Assembly: GCF_964213995.1 (NCBI RefSeq)
Contig: NW_027590155.1
Location: 496,001-560,000 of the forward strand
Direction of reading: 5' to 3'
Source: Mustelus asterias
Lineage: Eukaryota
Length of the DNA stretch: 64,000 nt
In this document: positions 1 to 14,099 of the stretch, in pieces
How positions within the stretch are numbered: position 1 is the first letter of the stretch
Layout of the letters: each line of letters opens with the position of its first letter
Notes under the pieces: generated by a model
Databases searched by the model: none
What the model was told of the DNA's origin: nothing
What the model saw: the letters and a program-made list of their open reading frames with translations, nothing else
Translations under genes and position numbers: made by a program

Positions 1-829
1 ACGTGGGGTGATGGGTATAGGGCCTGGGAGAGAATGGTGTCGGTGCGGGCCCGATAGGCCAAATGGCCTCCTTCTGCTCTGTAGGGATTCTATGGACATG
101 GGTGCCGCTGAATGATCAGCATTTATGGCCCACCTCTTATCCGAGGGCAGTTGAGAGCCAACCACATTGTTGTGGCTCTGGAATCACATGTAGGCCAGAC
201 CAAGTAAGGACAGCAGATTCCCTTCCCTAAAAGACATTAGTGAACCAGATAGGTTTTTACACAATCGGCAATGATATCATGGTCATAAGTAGATTCTTAA
301 TTCCAGATGTTTTTACTGAATTTAAATTCCACCATCTGCCGTGGCGGGACTCGAAGCCGGATCCTGAGACCATTAGTTGAGTTTGTGGATTAATTGTCTA
401 GTGATAAAAACACTAGGCCATTGTATTCCCTTCTTCTTATATCCAGTCCCAAGTTACAGTGAAAGCTATCCACACCAGAAATACAATAAATCGATAATAA
501 TTCCTTTAATGAATTATATTTTTGATGCAATGTGCTAGAGACACAGAATTATTGCAAATCAGATTGACATCTTTACCCTGATAAGTTAATGTCATCTTCT
601 TTATGTCTATTCCCTTGTGGAGGGGTGGATAAATGAAGGGACTTAATTTACAATGAAATTGTATTTTTTTCTATAACAGAGGCTCAAATGCAATTTCACC
701 TCTTGGACTAGCAGAGACATGACAATGGATCTCACTGTTACTGCCTCAGTGTTAGCCTATCTCTGGAATGTCGCAGTGTCAGCAATCAATTCATCGGGAA
801 TAATCCTCAGTGTTTTTGATTGATTTGAT

Positions 830-1130
830 TTGATTTGGTTTAGTTTCATTTGATTTATTATTGGCGTGCATATTAGTATACAATGAAAATTATTGTTTCT
901 TGCGCACTATACAGAGAAAGCATACCGTACATGGAGATGGAAACGAGCGAGTGCAGAATGTAGTGTTGTAGTCATAGCTAGGGTATAGAGAAATATCAAC
1001 TTAATGCGAGGAAGGTCCATTCAAAAGTCTGATTGCAGCAGGAAAGAAGCGATTTTTTAGTTGGTTTGTACGTGTCCTAATACTTTTGTATCTTGTTCCC
1101 GGTGTAAAACGGTGAGAGAGTATGTTCGGG
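830..1130 (-). mobile_element. 3' tail fragment of a Rex1/Babar-like LINE
   Basis: (TTTGA)n tail and following sequence are the reverse complement of the LINE tail at ~44420-44610. Confidence 0.55.
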
Positions 1131-1174
1131 GTGTGTGGCCTTTCGTTTTCATTGTTTTCTTTATATTTTTACAA

Positions 1175-1697
1175 GTATCGAATCGGAGGTTATGTTCACT
1201 CAGCCAGAGGCAGAAACCGGACTTCCCTGAGGCTCCCTGAGACTGAGCTGTAAGGCCAACGCGTTGAATATTGGCAGCAACTGGGTGGTTCGGGTCCCAC
1301 AGGTCCCTGGACAAGGTTTATAGTGTCTTCTTCAGTAGGATAGATTTGGATCAACCTACAATTCCTCCGCCCCAGGGATTCAGAATCAATTTACTCCGCC
1401 CACAGACACTTAAAACAACGTAAAGAGAAAATGCTGCAAAATCTCAGCAAGTCTGGCATCATCTGTAAGGAGAGAGAAGAGCTGACTTTTCGAGCACAGA
1501 TGACCCTTTGTCAAAGCTTTTTCAAAAGGCCATCTGGACTCGAAACGTCAGCTCTTAGCTCTCCTTACAGATATTACCAGGCCTGCTGAGATTTTCCAGC
1601 ATTTATTCTTTTGGTTTCAATTCCAGAATCCGTGGTAATTTGCTTTTATACTTCAAACAACGTCGTCTCTTTGGAAATAACATGAAAACCGAAGATT
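1175..1697 (+). pseudogene. IGHV: IgH variable (VH) pseudogene, interrupted by a repeat insertion
   Basis: Aligns by eye to the functional VH at 14455 (tcggaggttatgttcactcagccagaggcaga...ggctccctgagactgagctgtaa). Acceptor is mutated (acaa instead of acag), there are in-frame stops, FR3 resumes at 1664 after the insertion, and no YYC or RSS follows. Confidence 0.9.
1422..1649. mobile_element. Palindromic Penelope-like (PLE-derived) short element with 14-bp target-site duplication
   Basis: Inverted arms centred on aaagcttt near 1515. TSD acttaaaacaacgt (1408-1421) / acttcaaacaacgt (1650-1663). A similar element lies at ~51180-51362. Confidence 0.7.
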
Positions 1698-2399
1698 CTC
1701 AACTTTCCCCTGTCTGTCCTAACTAGACTCCAGTTCCAATGTGATGAAAATGACTCTTCGCCACCAATGCAATTGCTGAGCAAGCCATCCAGTTGTATCA
1801 AAGCTGCTATGGAAAGTCAAACTATAAAATCATCTAGATGGCAGGTTTCAACTAGGTGGCTCACAATCGCCCTCTCAGTAGGGACAATTACTGTTGGCTT
1901 TGTCAGTGATGCTCACATCCAGAGATTCAATAAAAGCAGTGCAAAGTGCTGCAGATTTCTGAAATCTAATACTAAAACAACAAAAGTGCTACTCAGCATC
2001 TCAATGGGCATCAGCAGAGACAGAACAAGATTCACATTTAAGATCGATGCCAGGATGCAAAGTCTCTTGGTCTAATTATGAAGAGCAAGGCTGTTCTGCC
2101 CAATATCCTACCCAAATCCTCATTCTTCAAATAAAATCGCAAATTTACTGGACATTTATCACATCTCGGTTTGTTGGAGCAAGTTTACGCAAATTACCTG
2201 CTATATTTCCAACATTAGAGCAGTGAGTAAATTCAGCAAAGGTACGTCAGTGAGCTTTAAGAACTTTGGGACGACATGAGGTCGGGTAAAATGTTCTATA
2301 AATGCAAGTTCCACCAAAATGTAAGTTGTAATTCTTTGGAAGCGCTGCGATTAATGCGAATATAGTCACTCTTCTCTCTGATCATAGCAGCATAAAATC

Positions 2400-2870
2400 A
2401 TAGCATCACTACAGTTCAAAAGGAGGCCATTGGGTCCAAGAGGTCTGCAGTGGTTCTCCAGCAGAGCATCCTACCTGGGCCCAGCCTTCACCCTATCCCG
2501 ACAACGACACATATTCACAGGTTAATCCCCCGAACCGACACATCATTGGACACTAACAGGAAATTTAGCATAGATAATCCACCTTGGGCCTGGGAAGGAT
2601 GCTTTGCTGGATAGCTGGTGCAGACTTGATGAACCGAATGGTCTCCTTCTGCACTGTAGGGATTCTATGATTCTAGGTTGCACATCATTGGACGCTGAGG
2701 GGTAATTTATCATAGCTAATCCACCTAACCTGCACATCCTTGGACTGTGGAAGGAAACTGGAGCACTCGGAGGAAACTCACATGGATATGGGTAGAATGT
2801 GGAAACCACACACAGTCACCCGAGGTTGGAATCGAACCCGCTTCCCTGTCGCTGTGAGGCAGCAAAGCTA
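2400..2870 (-). mobile_element. HE1-like (V-SINE) fragments
   Basis: Reverse complement of the SINE body seen at 7721 and 56835 (ggactgtgg..ggaaactggagcac..gaggaaac..cacacagtcacccgagg). Confidence 0.75.
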
Positions 2871-3769
2871 ATTGTATCTCTCATTGATAACCACACTGGA
2901 TTTTTTATTCTTCCCTTTTGTGAGAGTGATCACTATTATGACAGGAATACTTCAGACGTCAGATCTGTTTCTTTTTTTTAACTTGTCTAGTTTAAACATA
3001 TTAAATGCTCAATCAAATTAATATCTGCCTGTTCACAGATGCGTTATTAATTGTGACATCAGAAATTTCCGAGCTAATTCTGAAATGGAATGTATCATTT
3101 TCTTTTAATTAAATACAACTGGTGTAATGAATGTTCAAAAAGTTTCTATTCATTTTGAACCAACTGTTAATATTCTTAAAATAAACCGCTATTTTGAGTT
3201 GAAACTGATCAATAAGTGACGGTTTATCTGGTTTTGCTGTCATGAACATTTCATTGTAACCAGTGAGGTGTTTATGTAAATAAATACAAAAATAGAAATT
3301 CCAAATTAGATTGTTGACTGACAAAAACACAACAAATATTTCCCCACAAACACAGCACAGAAATAGAGACAACCATGCAAATCAATCAACGGATTCCAGT
3401 AATGATTGTTTTTCAACATTATTTATTCGTCAGTTATGTGAAGAAAAACATCATGATGATATCTATGTTCAGAATTAGGAAATAATTCCTCTCATCCCGA
3501 AATATAATGACACTGCAAATGTGTTCGTAGAAATTTCCTGTGTTTCATCTCTTTCTCTGTCTTTCTCCTTTCTGGTTTTGTATCTTGTCTCTCGACGATG
3601 GTTCATCGTCTTCACTCCACAGCACTAAGTCAATGTCTGCCCAATGTATTGTCTCAGCCGGAGTTATAAGCTTCTCAAAGAATGTAATTCAATGAATTGG
3701 AATCCGTGAGTGAAATTTACTCTAAAAGATCTCTTGAGCGTCCTATGATCTTGAAACGCTTGAGACATT

Positions 3770-4355
3770 TTCTTCTGTATCTGACCTCGGCTGTCCCGAG
3801 TGATAAGGATTCGATGTGGCAGTATCGAAGGATCTTTCCCCAGATTTAGCCGGTGCTGTCCCTGTCCTTGGAGTATTTGACTGGACAGTGTCGAGGAATA
3901 TTCACTCTGCATCTAAACTCACTGTACCCGCCTTTTGAATGTTTGATATGACTTTGTCAAGGAAGATTAAATCCGTATCTAATCTCTGCTGTACCTGACC
4001 TGGGTGTGTTTTATGGAACTGTGGAGACGGTCTTTCCCCTGTAACGAGCACTATTGTAAACCTGCGTCCCGAATCTCTAAAGGAAGAGTGCAGAAGAGGT
4101 TTTACCTAGAAGAGAATCCATACTCTTTCTGCCTTCATTTTGTTTGAGCAGACTTTATAGAGGGAGTTTCATTCTGTTTCCAGACAGTATACTGTTCTGG
4201 GAATGTTTGATTTGGATAGTGTAGAGGGAGATTCACTTGTATCTAACTCATGCTATTTCTGCCTTGGGAGTGTTTAATTTTCCAATGCAGAGGGAACTTT
4301 GCATTCTGCAGCGAACCCCATGTTACTCCTGTCCTGTAAGTTTTTGATGGGACAG
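3770..4355. repeat. Degenerate ~65-70 bp minisatellite
   Basis: Recurring tgtatctaa...tgtacctg.cctggg.gtgtttgat.ggacagtgtagagggag motif. Confidence 0.6.
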
Positions 4356-4389
4356 TCGGCCCTCTCTACAAATTTCAAGGGGATTGAAG

Positions 4390-6140
4390 CAGTCTCTTTA
4401 TATTACAGTAAATTTACCCTGTGTCAGCTTATATTATGAGGCCATGCCTTTGTTTATTTTTCACTAGACCCTAACTCTTTTTATATTGCACGTAGAATTT
4501 TATATTGCCTGTCTCTACTCATATTAAACTGGATGTTTTATCTGTTTATACTAAATTAGACGCTGTCCCTGTTTATATTATACATCACCATGTTTCTGTT
4601 TATATTAAGCGAGACGTTGTCTCCGTTTACATTAATTTAGATATGTCTCTGCTTGTATCAAACTAGATGTAATCTTATTTCTGCAATTGATCGTGTCCAC
4701 GTTTATATTGCATTGGACATGGTCTCAGTTTTTACTGCACTAGTCAATGCCAGTAATGATGAAAGTCGTTGGGGGAACACAATTCTCTGCATCCTTCTGC
4801 AGGTGCAAACTGTATGAGGTTTTGGGCACTGGAAAAGAAGAAGAGATATCTGAAACCTACTTCTGCTGACTGCATTGAAAATGGATACCAAGCCCTGTGT
4901 AGCATGCACTGTCAACAAAGAACAAAAAACAAAGACAATTACAGCACAGGAAAAGGCCCGTCGGCCCTCCAAGACTGCACCAACCAAATACTGTCGATCC
5001 AATACTGCCCGTTTCTGGATCCTGCCTGAAAGCAATGTTTTTATCCCAATATGTTATCTCTTCTTCTCGCAGAACCGTGTAGTAATACAGACATAATTCA
5101 AACAGAGGCATAGTTAAGTGCAGGAATAACACTGACACGGTCTAGTGAAATATATACAGGGTCAGTATCAAATATTAAATATCCAGAGAGAGTGTCCAGT
5201 GCAATATAAACTGAGTTCTGGTCTAGCAGAGTAACAGAGCCAGACTGTATTTTAATATAAACAGGGGCCTGATCCAATAAAATAGAAATGAGTTAGTGCC
5301 GACTGCCATGTGGGGATGGTCAAATATCAAATACTTGTATTTCCAATAACACCCACATCCCATGATAGAAACATTAAAAATATATTTATGACATTGTCAA
5401 GGAAAAGCAAACGGAGACAGTGTCTAGTGCAGTTTCACTGGATATAGGAGCTTGTGCGATATGAACTGAGACAGAGTCGAGTAATTAATGATACTGGAGC
5501 GAGACTTGTCTGCACTGAGATGGAGCCAAGTGCATTAGTAATAACTACTGATACACGACTTAGCCAGATTTAAACTGAGACCGAGTCCAGTGTGTTAGTG
5601 ATAATTACTGATACAGTACCTAGACTGATATAAACTGAGACACAGCCCATTTTATTCGTGGTAATTGCTGATACAGGACCAAGACTGATACACACAGAGA
5701 TTCGGACGATGCAGCAATTCGGAGGTATTGCAACGTACAATGAAACTGAGACATGACAGTCTTAAATAATCAAATCCATGGACTGGTGAAGCATTGACTT
5801 AAACAAGACCCAAACTATTAAAATTTAATGAACTATTAGCATAACAACTGTGACAGTACCATGTGTAATGCATGAAGACAGTATTTCCAGTTCAGCATAC
5901 AGTGGTAAATGTTCGGAGGCAGTAAGAATTAAGACACGGCCTCTTGTCAGATTAGAAGAGACATGGCTAAGTGCAACCATAACTTAGAAATTATAATATT
6001 AACAGGGCCTCTGCCTCGTATCTGAACACCTGAAATTGAGCCGAGTGCAGGAAAAAAATTAGATAGGACCTCATGGAATGTGATCCAGGTGTAATACAGA
6101 CAGGGTCAGTGGCGAGTTGAATATAAGCAGGGATATGATC
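4390..6140. repeat. Degenerate AT-rich ~30-bp tandem repeats in two oppositely oriented blocks
   Basis: ctgtttatatta..ctagac units at 4390-4750; atataaactgagac..gtctagtg units at 5100-6140. Confidence 0.5.
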
Positions 6141-6179
6141 TGTTTAAAGTTATTTCATGAGATTTTGGCGTCACTGATG

Positions 6180-7120
6180 AAGTCAACTTTTGTTACCAAG
6201 CCCTAATTTCCTTTGAGAATGTGGTGGCAAGGTTTGGGAAGCTGGTGGGTGGGGTGTTCTTCGAGACAGCTACTTTTTCCAGAATGGCATTGAGCCTTTT
6301 GAGTGGCACGAGTCAGGCAAGTAGAGAATATTCAATCATCTGTGTTGGAACAGACTTGGAGGGCAGAAGGGCCTGTTCATGTGCTGTACTGTTCTTTTTT
6401 CTTTATTCATACTCCTCACCTTTTCCTTGTAGATGTTGGATAGGGTTTGGGAATTCAGGTGATGAGCTGTTCACCGCAGAACTCTTGGCATCTGACCTGC
6501 TCTTGTAGCCACCTGATTTAAATGCCTGTTCCAGTTCAGATTTTCACGAAGTATAATGCCCAGGATGTTGATATTGAGGGATTCTGCGCTCGTAATGTTG
6601 CGTAGTGTCAAGGGGAGAAGGTTGGAATCTCCCTTACTGGAGAGGGTCATTGCCTGCCACTTGTGTGGCATAAGTGTTACTTGTCACTCATTATTCCAAG
6701 GCTGAATGTTTTCGAAGTCGTGCTTCATATGGATGCAGACTGTGTCAGTACCTGAGGAGTCGGAACTGGTGCTAAACTTTGTTCAATCATCAGTGAACAT
6801 CCCACATATGAACTTTAATGATGGCTGAAGCTTGGGGGTAGGTCACGAACCTGAAGAATTTCTGCAAAGCCCTGTGACTGAGATGGTTAACCATTAAAAA
6901 CCACAACCATCTTCCTTTGTGCTCCAGCCAGTGGACTGTTTCCCCCTGATTCCCATTAACTGCAGTTTCGCTCCGGCTCCTTGATGCTGCAAGCCGTCAA
7001 ATGCTGCATCGATGTCAAAGGCACGGACTCTCAATTGACCTTTTAACTTAAAATTTCTATCTATATTTGGACTCATTTTAAATCATTTCTGGAATCGAGT
7101 GATCCTGGCGGAACAAAAAT
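6180..7120 (-). mobile_element. Decayed non-LTR retrotransposon (CR1/L2 group) RT fragment
   Basis: ORF fragments AFDIDAAFDGLQHQG (cf. ALDIKAAFDRVWHQG) and LNILGIILRENLNWNRHL. Confidence 0.7.
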
Positions 7121-7720
7121 TGTGCAATTTGGTGTGCGTGTGTTTTGTGAAATGTATCATGTTTTATAGAAATTAATTTCAAAATGATCAATTGGATCCT
7201 TCCATTTACAGTACATGATGGACACACAATAAACGCATCCAATTCAGATTGGCTTTCTTTACATATGTCACCTTTTCTCATGATTGAGGAGGACAATTTA
7301 TGAAAGGTTAGTTCTGCCACAAGTGCTGCCCATTAAGCTACCATTTGTCATTGTGTGTTATCGTTTTTGTATCATGAATGGATATTAGGAGATTGGTGTA
7401 GAGCCAGTTATCACCAAAATCCTATAGTCCTTTCCGTGCAGACGGTGTTGAATGTCTTAGCGAGATTGACCAAAGTACCTTAAAGATATGGACACATATG
7501 GAAAATGGAGAAGTTGTCGGCTGGAGTAAATGTTCCAACACAGTCACTACACTGCACATCAGGAACAGCCGGTCTGCAAGCAGATGATGTGTTTCAAGTG
7601 TGACCCGAGCAAAGATCTTTCCCGTGACGCTATGACTGAGATATGTCTGTAGCTGGAGCAGTCTCTTCCATTGGCTTACTTTGCAGAAAATGTGATGAAT
7701 TTGAATCATATATCTCTTGT

Positions 7721-8030
7721 GGAATGGTGGCACAGAGATTAGCTCTGTTGCCTCACAGCGCCAGGGCCACAGGTTTGGTTCCCAGCTTGGGTCAGTGTCT
7801 GTGCGGAGTCTGCACAGTCTCCGTGTATGTGTGGATTCCCTCTGGGTGCTCAGTTTCCTCCCACAGTCCGAAAAGGCATGCAGGTAAGGTGCACTGGCCA
7901 GGCTAAATTCTCCCTCAGTGTACCCGAACAGACGCCGCAATGTGGCGACTCTGGGATTTTCACAGTAACTTCATTGCAGTGTTAATGTAAGCCTACTTGT
8001 GACATTAATAAATAAACTTCAAACCTTAAA
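7721..8030 (+). mobile_element. HE1-like V-SINE
   Basis: tRNA-like head ggtggcacag...gcctcacagcgccaggg...ggttcccagcttggg, V-domain-like core, and tail taataaataaac. Confidence 0.8.
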
Positions 8031-8590
8031 TCTTCCAGCAGATAAGGAGAATGTCATAAATGTTCAGAAAAATAGTAATTATTTTCACCAATGACCGTCC
8101 ATTAACAATTTAATAAATGCATTCACCAGTTCTCATTCATTCATAAAGATTAGTATATTTAACATTACTTTATGGAAGGTGGGCGACACTGTGCAGGCCA
8201 GCATTTATTCCCCATTGCTAATTGCATTCGGTAAGTTGGTGGTGAGCCATCTTCTTGAACCGCTGCAAAACCTGCAGTGTAGGTACTTCCATGGTGCTGT
8301 TAGGGAGAGTGCTCATGGATTCCGACCCAGCGACAGTATAGGAACGGTAATATATGTTCAATTCAGTTTGATGGGTGTCTTGGAGTGGAATTTCCAGGCG
8401 GGGTTGTTCCAATTCACCAATTATCATCAATTCATACAGATAAACAATTATTTCACAACTTATATTCAGCATTTTGAAAAAAGCAAAATACTAAGGATTC
8501 TGGAAACTGAACAAAAACAATAAATTCTGGAAAATACCAAAAGGCCTGACAGCATCTGTGGAGAGAGAATAGAGCCAACGTTTTGAGTCA

Positions 8591-11285
8591 GGAATGGACT
8601 GCCTGCAGGGATAGTGGAGTCAGAAATAGAGATGTGGAGGAAGAAATTGCTAAGCAGATTATGGATACGTGTGGGGGTCACAGGGTAGTTGTCATGGGGG
8701 ACTTTAACTTTCCAAATATTGATTGGAACCTTTGTAGGTCAAATACTTTGGATGGGGCACTTTTTGTGCAGTGTGTGCAGGAGGGTTTCCTGACACAATA
8801 TGTGGATAGGCCGACAAGGGGTGAGGCCACATTGGATTTGGTACTGGGAAATGAACCGGGCCAAGTGTTAGATTTGGTTGTGGGAGAGAACTTTGGAGAT
8901 AGTGACCACAATTCGGTGTCTTTTGTTATTGCAATGGAGAGGGATAGGGCCGGACGGCAGGGCAAGGCTTACAATTGGGGGAGAGGTAATTATGATGCGA
9001 TTAGGCAAGAATTAGGGGGCATAAGATGGGAACAGAAACTGTCAGGGAAAGGCACTGATGAAAAGTGGAACTTTTTCAAGGAAAAAATACTGGGTGTCCT
9101 TGATAGGTATGTCCCTGTCAGGCAGGGAGGAAATGGCCGAGTGAGGGAACCGTGGTTCACAAAAGAGGTGGAATGTCTTGTGAAAAGGAAGAGGGAAGCG
9201 TATGTAGGGATGAGGAAACAAGGTTCAGATGGCTCGACTGAGGGTTACAAGTTAGCAAGGAACGAGCTGAAAAAGGGGCTGAGGAGAGCTAGGAGGGGAC
9301 ATGAGAAGTCCTTGGCGGGTCGGATCAAGGAAAACCCCAAGGCTTTTTACTCTTATGTGAGGAATAAAAGAATGACCAGGGTGAGGTTAGGGCCGGTCAA
9401 GGACAGTGGTGGGAACTTGTGTATGGAATCAGTAGAGATAGGCGAGGTGATGAATGAATACTTTTCTTCAGTGTTCACCAAGGAGAGGTGCCATGTTTTT
9501 CAGGAAGAGAAGGTGTTACAGGCTAATAGGCTGGAGGAAATAGATGTTCGGAGGGAGGATGTATTGGCAGTTTTGAATAAACTGAAGGTCGATAAGTCCC
9601 CTGGGCCTGATGAAATGTATCCTAGGATTCTTTGGGAGGCGAGGGATGAGATTGCAGAGCCTTTGGCTTTGATCTTTGGGTCCTCGCTGTCCACGGGGAT
9701 GGTGCCAGAGGACTGGAGAGTGGCAAATGTTGTTCCTCTGTTTAAGAAAGGGAATAGAAATGACCCTGGTAATTATAGACCGGTTAGTCTGACTTCGGTG
9801 GTTGGTAAATTGATGGAAAAGGTCCTTAGGGATGGGATTTACGACCATTTAGAAAGATGCGGATTAATCCGGGATAGTCAGCACGGATTTGCGAAGGGCA
9901 AATCGTGCCTCACAAATTTGATAGAATTTTTTGAGGAGGTAACTAGGTGTGTTGATGAAGGTAGGGCGGTTGATGTCATATACATGGATTTTAGTAAGGC
10001 GTTTGATAAGGTCCCCCATGGTCGGCTTATGATGAAAGTAAGGAGGTGTGGGATAGAGGGAAAGTTGGCCGATTGGATAGGTAACTGGCTGTCTGATCGA
10101 AGACAGAGGGTGGTGGTGGATGGAAAATTTTCGGACTGGAGGCAGGTTGCTAGCGGAGTGCCGCAGGGATCGGTGCTTGGTCCTCTGCTCTTTGTGATTT
10201 TTATTAATGACTGAGAGGAGGGGGCTGAAGGGTGGATCAGTAAATTTGCTGATGACACCAAGATTGGTGGAGTAGTGGATGAGGTGGAGGGTTGTTGTAG
10301 GCTGCAAAGAGACATAGATAGGATGCAAAGCTGGGCTGAAAAATGGCAAATGGAGTTTAACCCTGATAAATGTGAGGTGATTCATTTTGGTAGGACTAAT
10401 TTAAATGTGGATTACAGGGTCAAAGGTAGGGTTCTGAAGACTGTGGAGGAACAGAGAGACCTTGGGGTCCATATCCACAGATCTCTAAAGGTTGCCACTC
10501 AAGTGGATAGAGCTGTGAAGAAGGCATATAGTGTGTTAGCTTTTATTAACAGGGGGTTGGAGTTTAAGAGCCGTGGGGTTATGCTGCAACTGTACAGGAC
10601 CTTGGTGAGACCGCATTTGGAATATTGCGTGCAGTTCTGGTCACCTCACTATAAGAAGGATGTGGAAGCGCTGGAAAGAGTGCAGAGGAGATTTACCAGG
10701 ATGCTGCCTGGTTTGGAGTGTCGGTCTTATGAGGAAAGGTTGAGGGAGCTGGGGCTGTTCTCTCTGGAGCGGAGGAGATTGAGGGGAGACTTAATAGAGG
10801 TTTATAAAATGATGAAGGGGATAGATCGAGTGAACGTTCAAAGACTATTTCCTCGGGTGGATGGAGCTATTACGAGTGGGCATAACTATAGGGTTCATGG
10901 TGGGAGATATAGGAAGGATATCAGAGGTAGGTTCTTCACGCAGAGAGTGGTTGGGGTGTGGAATGGACTGCCTGCAGTGATAGTGGAGTCAGACACTTTA
11001 GGAACATTTAAGCGGTTATTGGATAGGCACATGGAGCACACCAGGATGGTAGGGAGTGGGTTAGCTTGATCTTGGTTTCAGATGAAGGTCGGCACAACAT
11101 CGTGGGCCGAAGGGCCTGTTCTGTGCTGTACTGTTCTATGTTCTATGAAACTTTAGGAACATTTAAGAAGCCATTGGATAGGCACATGGATACTTCGGGA
11201 TGCAAGGGAGGAAATAGCTTGATGTGGGTTTCAGACAAAGCTTGGCACAACATCGTGGGCCGAAGGTCGGTTCTGTGCTGTACTG
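8591..11285 (+). mobile_element. 5'-truncated CR1 LINE (partial APE endonuclease + RT, one frameshift near 10212) nested in an older CR1 3' end
   Basis: ORFs 8583-10214 ([41 protein letters not shown]) and 10275-11069 (RPHLEYCVQFWSP). FADD is encoded just after the frameshift. Tail is (gttctat)n. Confidence 0.95.
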
Positions 11286-14099
11286 TTAAAAAAAAAGGAT
11301 AATGAACAGTTATCCAGCAGCTTCATTGACAAGTAATCACCTCATCATCACACAGAAAGTCCTGATACGTAGCTGGAGTGTGTGTGATGATTTTCAAGGT
11401 GATGATATAAATGAAACTACCTGTACCTCATGTGAAGTTACTGAATCTTTAAATCCCGATTCATTATTACACTGTTTTGAGAAGTAAGGTAACACTTGTA
11501 GCTGTCCAGTGAGTCTCACAATATTTCTGTTGCTACCTTATTTACTTTTCACCCTGTTACCTTCACTAATTTGGGTGAGGGCATGTTGAGTGATTTGTTG
11601 CACGTGAAAGAACCACATGTTTCAAATATTACAATCCTCCCTCCTCAAACTAATGATGTTCACTCTTTTTATCTTGGATATGAAGATTCAGCATCAGCAG
11701 AGAAATGAACCATCCGAGCCTCAGGAATATCTCGTCCTTCTCTCCGTGAGAATCAGCTTGCTAACTCTCGATAAACTCGGGATGGATTTCACCCAGACAT
11801 TCTGGAAGAATTAGAGGTATTAGACTGACACAAATCTGATGAAGGAGCTGATTCAATTTATGAAATAACCAAGCACAAATATGGGATTGTAGAACAGCAT
11901 CTTTCAATGCCATCTATCAATGCATCCATCAATCTATTCATTGATTCCTCAATCAAAATACTCAGGCATCAAACTGCCATTCATCCCACTATCATTCATT
12001 CAAATGTCATTCATTCCTACATCAACACACTAACACATTTATTGTTTGCGTCGGTTCTGACATAATATTAATTTAATTGATCCAGTGATCCAGAGGCCCA
12101 GGACAATGATGTGAGGACAGGGATTTAAATCGGAGCATTGCAGCTGGTGGAATTTTAATTCAATTAATAAATCTGGAATAGATATTAATGGTGACCTTTG
12201 GAACCTCTCTAATTCCCCATTGGAGGAAATCTGCCATCGCTACCTGGTCTCACAAGGATGTGACTCCAGGCCGACAGCACAATAGCTGACTCTTTAATAT
12301 CTTCAGAAGTGGTCGAGAAAACCAGTCAGTTCAAGGGAATTTGGGAGAGGCAAAAAGTGCTGGTCTTTCCAACCAAACATCCCATGGAAAGATAAAGGGA
12401 AAGAAAATACAAACAAACATGTTCATGTATCGTCTCTCTGGGACATCTCTCAGTTTGCCTGTAATTCTTTCTATCCATCTATCACCATATCCTGATGTGT
12501 TGGAAAAATCATCATTGTTGCTAACAGGGTGCCAGAGAAACTGCATGACTTTCCTTTCTTTAGAGATGGGAAAAATTCATCTAGATTTCCAACTTTAAAA
12601 AATTCAAGTGCCTGCAGTACTGTTGCTGGGTAGATTTATTTATAAATAGGCCTGATTGACAATGTGAAGGGTTTTAAGTTGGCTTGCAGCCAAGCGGTCA
12701 GTACTGAGGAAACAGATCTTTGACCTACTGCACAAACACCCCCAGATGCTTCCTGTCAATCACTTTGAGCATTTGACAGCAGCCTGGATTGCTGCCAAAT
12801 ACTGTGTGGGACAGATTAGCGTGAACCTGAATGGACAAATTGGGATTCAGCCATTTAAAGAATAAATGTTTCATTCGCACAAGAAAGACACATTTTAAAT
12901 CGAAATCATTCTATTCAAATATTTTCATTCAGTGTGCTGTTCATTATGTGATTACATAGTATCGCAAAACAATAAAGTGACCAGATGCTTTTTCATTTGT
13001 ATAACTTCCAAGTAAATGCCATTCCAATAATTAAAGTCTGTTTGCTAACCACTTCATAAAATGACAGAGATGTTAATCGTTCCAATTCCCCAGTCAATTG
13101 AGATCAGAACAATGGCAAAAAATGCTTCGAAATAATATTAAAAGAACATCATAAAACTGACATGAAAAGCGGGGATTGCTGGAATATTCTGAAAGTTCTG
13201 TATCTCATTTAAACAGCAGCGTCTCTTGTACCTGATTGGCACCGTGTTCCATTGTACAGTATAATCTGATTCCTGTTATTGAAGAGTGCCTCTCATAGCT
13301 GCCAATGAGTGGAGAAATGATCAGTTGATAACCTGATTCAATGGAAGATAAAACATTTAATTTTGTGATATTGTGCCATGTGCCGCAAAGTCCTGATATC
13401 CTGTGTTCCCACTACCAGTGAATGTTAGACAGCCAGTGGCCAATAGAGTGAGCTGCAATGATCTGGACGCTGAATGAAGAATTTAATGATCTCCGTGTCC
13501 GTTCCGATTCATTAGCTTCTCTGTCGAAAGTCGATGTTAATTTTATGTTTCTCTGTCACCTCACTATTTAATTATCAGGAGGGCGGGATTCTTATTATTT
13601 TCAAAGGGCTGTCTTCGCGATTGTGGTAGTTTGACAAATATAAGCAGAAATATTTTATTGTGTGAGAGTTTCTTCACATCTCCAAACCCAAATTGTACAG
13701 TGATAGCCATCCACACTGTAAATAGAATCATTTTGTTCATCCCCCACATTTAATTAGAAATCGATAACAATTCTTCTGATAAAGTATGCTTTATTATTGT
13801 AATGTGACAGAGACCCCCAGAATTGTTGCAACACAGACTGACGGTCTCTTTATATTCCAAAAATGTAATTTCATCATTTTTAGATTTGTGTTCTTCTTGG
13901 GGCGTGGTAATAATAGCACCATACTTACAATGGAATTAGTTATTTTAATAAAGAAATGATGAACTGCAATATCACCATCAGAAATAATGGAGACAATACA
14001 ATGGACATATTCAGCCAAACAAATATCCCGACACAGATAAAATGTCCATTTTAATATTAGTCTATTATAAATCTCGGAGTCCATACTATTGGGGGTGTG

